Below, one piece after another: positions 22,898 through 33,260 of a stretch of 64,000 bases of DNA (its first letter is position 1; each line of letters starts with the position of its first letter). The translations under genes and the position numbers were made by a program. Below the pieces are notes generated by a model. It saw only the letters and a list, made by a program, of their open reading frames with translations, was not told where the DNA came from and did no database searches. The stretch comes from Vicugna vicugna (Eukaryota), in NCBI GenBank assembly GCA_013265495.1, contig MU058824.1:4677111-4741110 (forward strand), written 5' to 3'.

Positions 22898-22903
22898 TTT
22901 ATT
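22898..22903 (-). terminator. CREB3 poly(A) signal
   Basis: TTTATT on + (AATAAA on -), about 240 nt past the CREB3 stop. Confidence 0.7.
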
Positions 22904-22989
22904 TCTTTCTTCACCCCATCCCCTCACTGCATGAAATGCTCAAGGAGGTCCCAGGTCCATTCATGGGGTGGCAGACATACATGCGTACA

Positions 22990-22995
22990 AATAAA
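22990..22995 (+). terminator. GBA2 poly(A) signal
   Basis: AATAAA about 285 nt past the GBA2 stop, followed by GT-rich sequence (GTAAGTGTAGTGTGTTTG). Confidence 0.75.
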
Positions 22996-23144
22996 AGACC
23001 CAGAAAACCAGTAAGTGTAGTGTGTTTGATCCTGAGGCTTCCTGACAGGGCTCAAGACCTGAGGCTAGCCCTCTCCCATTCCTTTTCCTTTGAACCTGGA
23101 CTGGGGGCACCAGGGTCTGGCTGAGGAACCCCACATCCTCATAT

Positions 23145-26100
23145 CTAGCCTGAGTATCTGCCCTGCAAGATAACAGACGTGGGGCTATAGCTAGGGAGCC
23201 ATCCTCCCTCTCTCGTGACATTTGCATGCAGGGGTAAGATAGGACCTGGGCAGGAGAACTTTGAGAAATGGTCAGGTGGTGGCAACTTCAGGGAACACTC
23301 TGCACCAGGAACCTGAGACATGTGGTAGAACAGGCAGCAAGAGTTGCTAGGAGCCTGGAATTTGTGATCTGAGTTGTCCTTTGGTACCTCTGACTGCAAG
23401 GCAGGCAGCTCCAGCTGGTGAGGGTCCTTGCTGGGGAGGGCACGAAGCTGGCGGGACAACACTGAGGAGACAAAGACTGTTCAGGGGCAGGCTGGGTTCT
23501 CCCCTAGCCCTCTCTTAGTGGCATGCTCAAGCCTCTCACCTCTGTGCTCAGCTGGCAGGCTCTGCCTTGTGTTAGAGGAGTACATAGCAGGCATGAAGAG
23601 AAGACAGAAGGAGAACAGCAGGACCTGGAGCACAGGAAAAAAAGAGATAAAGGCTCTGGATTGTACCCCTGTCCCTATGCCACCTGAGGAAAGAATCTCT
23701 CCATCCTCACCAAGACACAAGTGCTGCTGCTGCTGGCTTTGTTTGCTGTCTGAATCACCATGGCCTGGAGTCTCCTCAGCTGATCCAAAAGGGACCTAGG
23801 GGGAGAGAGAGGGGACAGTGACCAGGCCCTAGCCTGGCACCCTGACATAACATACAACAAAACCATCCTATTAAGCCACCCTCTCCATCTGTGCACTGGA
23901 TCCTCTCTTTTACTTTCTGACCTATTTTTGCAAGTGATCTCTTCCTCTCTGTAAACAAAATGCCTGAAGTTCCTCATTAAAACAAACACACACCCTCTGC
24001 CCTGCCCTGACTTAAACTCCTTTTGCAAACACCTTCAGTGGTTCTCCTGCTCCACACAGAATCCTCACCAGGGATTCTACATTCTCTACCTTCTGGCCCA
24101 ACTCACCTATGTTAAGTTCCAGCCGGACTGGACTATGCTGTGTTCCCTCTGCCTAGAATGCTCTCCACCCACCCCAGAATCCTATCACTATCAAATGCCA
24201 TCTGCCACAAAAGGTCTTTCTTACTCCCTCCTTTCTCTTTCTTGATACATATCCGTAGTTATTTGTGAATTTATTCCCCATTACTGTGAGCCTCTTGGAA
24301 CTAGAGACCCACTAAAGGCCAAGCATCAGACCTCACATGGGGAAGCTGCCCAGTCAGAAATGAAGTGTGGAGCAGGGGAAAGAGTGAGACAGTATTGAGT
24401 GGGAAGGATGAGAAAAGACTGATGTTGAAGAGTTGCTTACAGATTCTGTTCTTCCAGGAGCTGGACTCTGTTCTGTAGCTCCAGATTCTGGGCTGTGTAT
24501 TTCAAGACCCTGGGGGAATAACAGGGATGTGGGGATACGGCCTGTATCCTCCCTTCAAAAACCTAACCCTTCCAACGACCTGTTTCCCCACCACCCCCCA
24601 CAAGTCCCTCTACCCTACATACCTACTCTCTAAACCCCCCACGTACACCTTCTTCTTCCTGCGGCTCTCTTGAGCAGACTTTTTGTTTCGAATCTTCCTC
24701 CGCACCCGTTTCAGAACTTGTTCCTCCATCTGAGAGAAGGGAAAACGGGTATCATCAGAGGAACATTAGATCAAAGAGTTTGAAGGCAACTGAGTTCAAT
24801 CTTCCCAATGTGGAAACTCCTACAGCTTCCCTGACCAATAGGCACTCTGCTTCTGTCTGAATGCTTCCAAGGACCAAGCATTAACGCCCTCAGAAGCCAG
24901 ACCACTTTAATAATTCTATTAATTTAAAAAAAAAAGACTTCCTTATCACGAGCCAACATCTGCCTTTATTATTTCCACCTACTAGGTTTACCTAGCACCC
25001 AATCTCTGAGGCCATATAGAACAAAGGTCTTTAGCCATTTTAAAGCACGTCTTTTTTTTTTTTCAGAGTTAAAAAAAAATTTAGCCAAAATTTTTAAGTC
25101 ATCATCTTCTCTCCTCAGGATGGACTATACCGTCTTAATATCTGTCAAAGATCTGGGCTCAAACTTGGAAGACTAATGTGTTTTGTCCAGTATAAAGGAG
25201 AGCAAGATGGTTACTACCCTGCTAAAGATGACACTATTAGATACTAGGCATCTACTGACACAGCTTCCAAACCTCATTCACTTTCTTAGTAGTCATATTA
25301 CATGTTGACTCATCTTGTACTGTGAAGAAATTAAAATTCTCTTAACCTTTCTGTCAACAAACAATTGATTTCATCACAGTATCACAATACTGCACATGTG
25401 AAGCTGCCACCCATTGCTTGAAACTTAAAACTCAGGATTTTACATTTATCCTTGTTATACTAGATAGTCCAGCCTTGATGAACTCTAAAACTCAATTTTA
25501 CCATTCAGCTATAGGTGGATTAGTGTGAAACCAGTGAAAACTGTGTCAGGGCCCCTTGCTTCTATGGTACCTTCCAAATTCCTAACTAATATTACACTGA
25601 TAATTTTGAATTCTTTTAAAGAGAACACCAAAATGTGCACAAGCCCTACAAAACTAGGATCTGCCCTTTCCATCCGGCATATGAACTATGTGCTCCAGCT
25701 TCCAACTAGCAGCTGATTTGCTAATCTCTCGCTTTAGTCCTTTTTCAAGTTACTGATATAAAATTAACAGACTTGGCCTACTTGGGACTCACAACCCACC
25801 TCCAGCTTCTGCTTCTCCAATGGGAGTCTTACCTTAGTGAGAGGAAGTGTCCCAGGCAGAGTAAGTCCCTCCTTGTCCAATAGCCTCTTCTCCTCATCTG
25901 TCAGTATTAGCCCAGCAATCTCCTGGGGTTTCGGAAAGGTGGGCAGCAGAGTTGCAAGGGGATGTCGGAAAGGAATGAGGAATCCTGCCCGAACCCGTGG
26001 AATGTGGGAATAATCTTGTAAATCAAGTCAAGTACCTGCTCTGCTGGCTCTTCCACAGAAAGTGGAATCATCTGTGCCCCCTCTTTTCCATAGCTCTCAA

Positions 26101-26570
26101 TCTCTGCAAAATAGAAAGTATGAATAGCCAGGCCCATGAGACCTCTCTTCCTCCAAAACTTCACTTATTTCAGACTCACCTACATCTATGGACACATGCT
26201 CCTGTGGGAGAGAATAGGTGTGATCGTGGTGGACAAGACAGCGGCGAGAATTGCTGAGAACGTTCAACGATGGTGGGGGGCTCGACAGGGAGCTTAGGAA
26301 ATCCTCTATGTCCCAATTGTTCAGTGCCTGCACAGGGTTCAAACCGACAGGCCTTTACCTATCACCACCCCCAGCCACAGGGACGCCCCCCTACCCCGCC
26401 CCGCGCCTGCCCGACTCAGAGCCCCCACCCACCTCAGAAAGCGGCAGCTCCCAATCCAGGGAAGCCTCCAGGGCCTCGTCGGGCGCCGCCCCCAAACCTC
26501 CGCTTTCCTCGAGCAGGAAGTCCAGCAGGTCATGATCACCTGGGTCCAGCGCCAGCTCCGTATGAGACAT
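23145..26570 (-). CDS. CREB3: CREB3/LZIP/Luman ER-membrane bZIP transcription factor (368 aa)
   Basis: Exons (minus strand) 26570-26433, 26327-26180, 26103-26036, 25922-25833, 24729-24623, 24509-24441, 23795-23711, 23624-23540, 23461-23145; 1107 nt, all GT-AG. Contains the HCF-binding DHTY, basic region [22 protein letters not shown], leucine zipper, TM segment [19 protein letters not shown]1P site RQLR and C-terminal VILQGRYSG. Confidence 0.95.
23990..24310 (+). mobile_element. L2 LINE fragment
   Basis: GTTCCCTCTGCCTAGAATGCTCTCC...TCAAATGCCATC...CTGTGAGCCTCTTGG are L2 3' region-like motifs. Confidence 0.5.
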
Positions 26571-27480
26571 CTGCGGCAAAGATGAGCAGTAACCCAGGAG
26601 TTGAACCCTCCATCCGGCCCCATTCCCAAATCCCACGCACGACGCCCCCACCGGCCGTCGATCGACCCCTACCTATCCGCTCGCTCTTTAGCGGGTTCTC
26701 CTCAGAGCAGCTAGCGGTGGCTCACAAACCGGACCCACCACCCAGATTCCAAGTTATCCGCAACTTCCAACACAACACAAGTGACGCACTTACCCGCGAG
26801 GCATCCCGGGACTTGGAGTCCCCCTGACGCGGAAGCGCCGCGGTCGGCGCCACGTCCCGGGATCTATGCAAATAGAGGGGACGTCCCTGCCGCCGCTCAC
26901 ACCCCGGGGCGGGCATTCTGGGGAGGCTGCTCCGCCTTCGCCCCGGGCTAGAAAAAGGAAAGCTTAGCGCCTAAAAGGGAACTCGGGCGCAGTTCGAGCG
27001 TTTTCACCGGATTGCGCCGCACCCTCGCTTCCTGCCGGGGAGGGGCTGCCGGTGGGCGGCGGGCTCCCGAGCATCGAGAGCTGGGGCCAGAGCAGCTTCC
27101 TGCAGTCCCCGCGACCATAGAGCGCCGGCGCCGCCCGCGGGTGGGGGACGTTCCCGGGACGGAAGTGGCCGAGAGAGTGTCGAAGGGAGGGCGAGGCCGG
27201 AGCCCCAGAGCCACCCGGAGAAGCAGCGGGTTAGCGGCCGGCGGGCGGGGCACAGAGCCGGGCAGCGCAGGTAGGCCGGACCGGGCCGAGCTGGGGCTTC
27301 AGGGTGGGGCCGCGAGGCCAGGCCCGGGAGGCGGGCGGGCGGGCGGGGCCCCTGACTCTACTGCGTCTCCTGCTTCGAGTCCTGTTGGAGAGGTCAGCGT
27401 CCAGTGTATCTCGGCTGGGGCTCGGAGTTACATAGGCCGTTTTGCGGGAGCCAGACCCTTCCTCGGAGCCGTCCTCTATC
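26270..27480. promoter_or_regulatory. CpG-island bidirectional promoter CREB3/TLN1
   Basis: CpG-rich, with ETS motifs (CGGAAGTG near 27160, CGGAAGCG near 26830). TLN1 non-coding exon 1 ends at CAG|GTAGGC (27270). Confidence 0.85.
27160..27270 (+). other. TLN1: TLN1 non-coding first exon (5' limit approximate)
   Basis: GGAAGTGGCCGAGAGAGTGTCGAAGGGAGGGCGAGGCCGGAG...GGCAGCGCAG|gtaggc resembles the recalled human TLN1 mRNA 5' end. It splices to the acceptor at 33227/33228, 33 nt before the ATG. Confidence 0.75.
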
Positions 27481-29619
27481 TGAGATAGGTTTGGGGGAGG
27501 GTGAAAAGTGGGGTGGCAGGGCGGGGATCGGCTTTGAGGTTAGCTGATAGCGGGTATGTGGGTAGAAACACATTGGGTGAGTTGGGAATTAGGTGGAGTT
27601 GTTTTAGCAGTTAAGGTTAACTTTAGGAGTTATAAAGCTGGGGTTAAACTTTAGAGTTATTAGTGTGAGTCAGGTTCGTTTTGTGTAGGTAAAGTTTGGA
27701 TTGAGGTCATTACTTTCTTTTCTAGGATGGCCAACATAAGTCAGAGTTAAGAGTTCATGGTCAGGTTAAGGATCAGCAACAGGAATTAGGTTAGAAGTCC
27801 AGTTTTAGGGATTAGAGAATGTTGGCATAGCTAGTATTAGGGATAAACAGTGAAGAGGTGAATCAGGAATCAAGTGACAAATGAGCATTATTTAGGTTTA
27901 GGGGGTCAAGATTTAGGGTTAAGGTCCAGATTTGGTGCTAAAGGTAAAATTAGATCAAAATTAAGGATCAGGGATTTGATACAAGTGCCTGCTAGGAAAG
28001 GGATAAATGTCAAAGCCAGTACTGGGAATCAGGAGACAAATTAGGATCGGGGTTAATATTAGGAATTAGGGACAGTTTTAGTGGTTGTAGTTGAGGTCAG
28101 GGTAGTTGATCTTGGGCAGGTAAAGTTTAACACATTAGCAATAGGTAGATGCCCTTGTTTTGCGAGGAATGTTCTTATTCCTGCGTAGTCACGGGGGCTT
28201 TTGTGGCCCAGAGAAATGACAAACTAATTTCAGGCTAGGGTTCTGAGCTTCAGCTAGAATTGCGGGCATCTGGGATTCCAGCTTCTTCCTTCTACTCTCT
28301 AAGGCCAAGGCTCTTGCTGTGGCCACCACAGTTGAGGGGCGGGGGCTCTTGGACCACGTTGTTTACCAGATAGGAGGTGGGAAAGGGTTAGGGACTGGGG
28401 AGGTACACATGGCCTAGTCATAAGTGGAGGACTGCCGAGGGGAGAAGGGACTGGTGATTAAGGGGAAGCTGACCAAGGAAACACTGTTGCCATACGAAAG
28501 TGGGATGGCTTAATCCTCTGAAAATTCAGCCCTGCTGCCTCCTATTTCCCTCATTCCCTAGAAGTTAAGCCCTCTTCTCCAACTCTTCTCCCTGGCCCTG
28601 CATTGCACACCCTCCCTTCCTCACCCCTTACATACTACTTTCCTTGCATTTGGCTCTCCCATGCTATTCACCTTAAACCACTCGTTCTCAGCCTCAATTC
28701 TGCCTCCCTTCCCACCCCTTAATCCACACATGCTGTCTTAATTTAACCTTGCACAAATCTGAGCTTTCCCATCATTTTAAAGCACTCACCATTTTCACCT
28801 GCTCATTCACCTGCATACATTCTGGTCATCTGCTGAATACCCCACCCCTAGCCCACCACAACTGCCAAGTCCCTGAGGTCCCTGCTATGTGCCATTCCCT
28901 GATTCTAAGCCTCCTTAATTTCTTGATCCAGTTATAGATCCCCTTCCCCCACCCCCAAACAGAAAAGAGGAAATGAGAACCAAAGAGGAAACTTGGTCTT
29001 GCTGATCCCACGCCCAGCCAGGCCACTGACCACGCCCCCATTTCACTCCCAGCCTGACCCTGGCACTGACCGCAACACTATCCCCTCCCCAGCTTGATCC
29101 AGCCTCTGGCTGCATCCCATCCCCCTCAACTCCATCTTTACTTAGACACTGCTAATATCCCTTCAGTCTCCTCCCCGCCATCCCAGTCTAATTTAGCCAC
29201 TGACCACAGCCCCATCTCTTCACAACCTCCTGCAGCCTAACCTGGCCTCTGACCTCACTCTGTCATTCCCTGTCTTAGCCACTGTGCACATAATTATTCT
29301 TCCTCTTTCTCCAGCCCGATCCAGTGACTAATTATATCTGTATTTTTCCTACTGTTATCTTCCCCAGCCTTTCTCTACACTGTCTTCCCCATTTCCAGCC
29401 TGATACAGTCATTAACCCTATCCCTTGTGCACCTACTTGGTTACTGACCACACCCCCTAACCACAGCCTCATCTTCACATTCTCAGCAACACCTGATCCT
29501 TTCTTTCCCCCTCTTCCCAGTTTCTTACCTAAACTCAAGCTGCCCCAGCCACTCTGAATGGCTGCTAATGACTGGAAGCTATGGGACCCCACCCTGACTT
29601 TGGGCCCTGGTTCCTGAGG

Positions 29620-30040
29620 GATGACAGGACAGACTATCATCAGGTCTTGTCAGTTCTACCTCTTAAAATTTCTAATGAGAGACACTCTTCTTTTCACTGT
29701 TCTAACTCTGGCTTCATTACCTCTCACTTGTGCTAATGCAATCTCCAAGGTAGCTGCCAGAGTTATTTTCCTACAGGCTAGTTCTGGTTATGTCCTTTCC
29801 CTGCTCAAAGCCTCCCTTGGCCTCCTGTTGCCCTCCGGATGGTGCAATTCTGCATACTCCTCGAGTCCTCTCCTACCGTCCCATCCTTACCTTGACTTCC
29901 TCATCACTGCTCACTTGCAGGTACTCTGTGCTTCAACCAGCCTGCCTACTCACTTCCCTGAATGCTCTTCCGTGATTTCCTGCTTCTCCACCTTTGCTTA
30001 TGCGCTTCTGTCTGCCTGGAATGCTGCCCTTGACTCATCT
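29620..30040 (+). mobile_element. L2 LINE fragment
   Basis: TCTTGTCAGTTCTACCTCTTAAAATTTCT...CCCTGCTCAAAGCCTCCCTTGG...TCTGCCTGGAATGCT. Confidence 0.7.
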
Positions 30041-30064
30041 CCGGCTGACTGGCGGCTGGCTGGC

Positions 30065-30295
30065 TGGCACAGTGGAGAGAGCTTGGGCTTTGGAGTCAGA
30101 GAAACCTGGGTTCGGATCCTGGCTTCACAACTTATTAGCTATGTGACTTTGAACAAGTACTTGAACAAGTGTTTAACTTCGTTGAGCCTCAGTTTCCTTA
30201 TCTGGAAAAATGGAAATAACGACACCTAAGTTGCAGGGTTATAAGGATTAAATGAAAAATGTACACTAAGCAGTTGACATAAAGTCAATAAAAGA
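30065..30295 (+). mobile_element. MIR SINE, near full length
   Basis: GGGCTTTGGAGTCAGAGAAACCTGGGTTCGGATCCTGGCT...GAGCCTCAGTTTCCTTATCTGGAAAAATGG...AAGGATTAAATGA. Confidence 0.9.
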
Positions 30296-33260
30296 CAGAT
30301 TATTGTTCTTTTTTATTATCTTTATTTTTAAAAATCCTAACTTCAAATGACAGTTTGCATGGAGACATTTTAGTCCCCTTTCCCTAAACTAAAGGGATCT
30401 CTCCCATGAGCACGTACCGCTTGCCTCTTAACCACCACATCCTGCCTCTGTCATAACTCTATAGTGGTTTATCCACTCTGTTGACTGGGAGCCCCTGGAG
30501 GGCAGGGAGCCCCTTGAGGGCGGAGGCTAGGGCTCTTCTTGATTCCCAGCCACTGAGAGTTTGGCCAAGGGCCTTTCCCACAATAAGCCCTCAAAAGTAC
30601 TCGCTGGATAGTAATGGGAGGAGAGATGTTAGGGCCAAATGTTTTGTGTGTTTGCCAATAGAGGTGTATTTATGGGGAAGCTGTGTACATGGGATAGTCT
30701 TTTCGGGAAGATAACGTGGTTGTGATGGATCTGTGTAGGGGCTGTGTATTTGAGATCATGTGTATGTAGAGACAGTGCAAGTACTTTTGGAGCAAAGAGC
30801 TCTGTGCATAAGCTGGGGTACATTTAGGGAGAATGCATGTGTAAGGATGTAGGTGGGGAAGGACTGTGTTGGGGGAAGTCAGGTCCAGCCCTTCAGCTGC
30901 CCAGTCCAGCCCTAAATGAGCCTCCAGCAGCCTGAGGCCGGATATGTCAGTCTCACCCACAACCCTCCCCCACTCCCCGCGGTTACAGACTCAGAGGCCA
31001 AATTTGGTAACAGAGTGAGCGTTACTCCCCTAACCCTCTTACTATCTGTCTCTATCTTCAGCTTTCTCTCTCCTTTGTTCCTCTCTGTAACTCCCTATCT
31101 TTCTGCAGCTCCCTTTGTAGGTATCTGCTCGGACTATATTCTCTATGAACCCCTAATTCCTTACCCCCAGTACACTTGCATTCCATTCCTTGCTGGGATT
31201 TGACCTCCTGTCCTCCATTCCCCCCCTCCAATTGCCCAACTCTTCTGGAATGCATCTCAGGAATGTCTTGAGGGAGGAGGAGTTCTTTGGGAGGGGGACA
31301 TGGAGGGGGGGACATTGTTGCTGTTCCATAAAACATGATGGAAAGGGGAGCAAAATTCTCAGGCCAGAACAGGAATTGCCTAGCTTCTCACCATACTTCA
31401 GGGGCCTGATTCTGTTCTATAGTCACCCCCAATTCACTCCTCAGTCCCCTCTCCTCCCCCACTCTCTTGTAGCCATGTGGATGTCCACTCAGGACCAAGC
31501 TGAAAGTGAGGGTTGCCATGACTCAACTCCCTTATCGGGGTCTCACCAGAGGTTTCCGTGCTTGAGGAAGAAGGGGGTGTCCATATGTCCACAGGAAATG
31601 GGGGGAGACATGCAGTTTCAGCTTAGGGTGCCAGATCTTTTCATTGTGCCCTCAGCTTCGCAGACCCTCCAGCCTACCAGCGACCCGACAGCCAGGTCTG
31701 TCCAGCTATTGGGAGAAATGCCCCAGGAATGGAGAGGGGGACAGAGACTTGTCACTGGGGGTGCTGGGAGTAAAGATAGAGGGCAAGTGGTTTCTTAATT
31801 CTTGAGACTGTAGGTTATTTATAAGGTTGGAAATGGTGTATCAGACCCCTGATCCAGACCTTTCCCTCATCTACCTCCTGTCTCTTTCTACCTAGATTTT
31901 CAATCACTTCTAATCTCTTCATCCTCCCAAAACACACTCCTTCGAAACTTCCCTGGTTTTCAACTGCCTTCTGTTTCCTAACATCCCCACCTCTGCTTTC
32001 CAACCTTACCCCTAGTCCTGCTTTTCCCCCCTCAGGGCTAGCAGTTTGCCTAGAGGGGACTGGGCAGTCTGGATTTGCTCATGCTCTCAAGTCAGGGGCA
32101 CCAATCCCTGTATGGAGCCGGGTCACATCATCAGCTGCCGGGCAGACCTGTCTTGTGCACTGGGCGCCACCTGCTGCCTCCACTGAGAGGTGCTGGAGGG
32201 TTGGGGAGGGTGGAGGGAGGGCTGTGTGGTACTAGTATCCCTGGCTGCTCTGAAAATACTATCAGCGGAGGCAGCTGAGATAGAGGGCAAGGTTTGCGAA
32301 GGACTTACTGAAGAGGAGAGAGCATAGGAGTTAACGGTGAGGACTTAGTACTAACTTGGTGACTCAGAAGGAACAAAGACTGAGTTAGAAGGACTGGGGT
32401 CTTCTCTGACCTGCCTTGAAACACACACACACCACACCCGGTCTGATTCCCCTTCTGTAAAATTGAAAAGTTAACTAGACTATTTCTGAGATCCTTGTGC
32501 ATTAGAAAATCATAATTCTTGCTTGACTGCTGGGGAAGCCAAATAAGGGCCAAGCTCCTCTGGGAAGCCCCCAGCATGTCAGGTTAGAGGAAAGTGGAGA
32601 CAAGTGGGCCTGGATGGCTTGAACAGTCAGTATTTGGCCTCCCTGCCAGACTAGCTAGAGTCAGTGTTCAGTGTTTGCAGGCCTCAAGAGCCCTTGGGGA
32701 TTATCTAATATAACGTCTTCATTCTGCAGAAAAAGAGGCTTGTGCCTTGTGTAAGAGGGAAGGTCATATGAGTCAGGGCAGAGCTCTAGAAATCCCAGAT
32801 AGAGAGAAGCCAGCAGGACTTAGTAAGAGACAAAAAGAGAAAAAGACTGAACGAGGAAAGATGAAAACAGGGCAGAGGCAGGGCTGAGAAAGGAGATGAG
32901 CAGGGACCCAAGGGGTAAGAAAGAAACACTTGGAAGAAAGAAGGGAGGCACATGTTCCAGTGCTGGGAGCAGGGCGGTGTCCTCAGGTAACACTGCGTTT
33001 CAGACCTGCTTTTGTACCTTGCAGACCAGCCTCTCCTTCAGATGTCTTAGATAGTTAGGACTGGTCCTCTTGATGCAACTAGTCTTTCACTCTTTAAAAT
33101 TATTAAATAAAACAAAAACAACCTCATTCTTACCTGCTTTGGTGGATCCCTTTCCTGGGGCTCCATGTGGAGGGGCCCCGTCTCCTCCAGTGAGGGTGTA
33201 TTCTAATGCCCCGATGCCACAGAGCAGGTGTAGCCAGGCTGGAGAGGAGAAGCTGCCACC

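Noticed and set aside
26104-26179. In-frame retention of CREB3 intron 2, as in the longer mouse isoform
   Set aside because: The intron is 76 nt here, so retention shifts frame and stops at 26097.
26328-26400. Position of human MIR6853 in CREB3 intron 1
   Set aside because: Only the acceptor-proximal part resembles the recalled human 3p arm, and I see no complementary 5p arm.
29621-30229. 202-aa plus-strand ORF in TLN1 intron 1
   Set aside because: It lies over L2 and MIR remnants; a chance ORF in repeat sequence.
31190-31798. 202-aa minus-strand ORF in TLN1 intron 1
   Set aside because: TTG start, no domain, no splice or promoter support.
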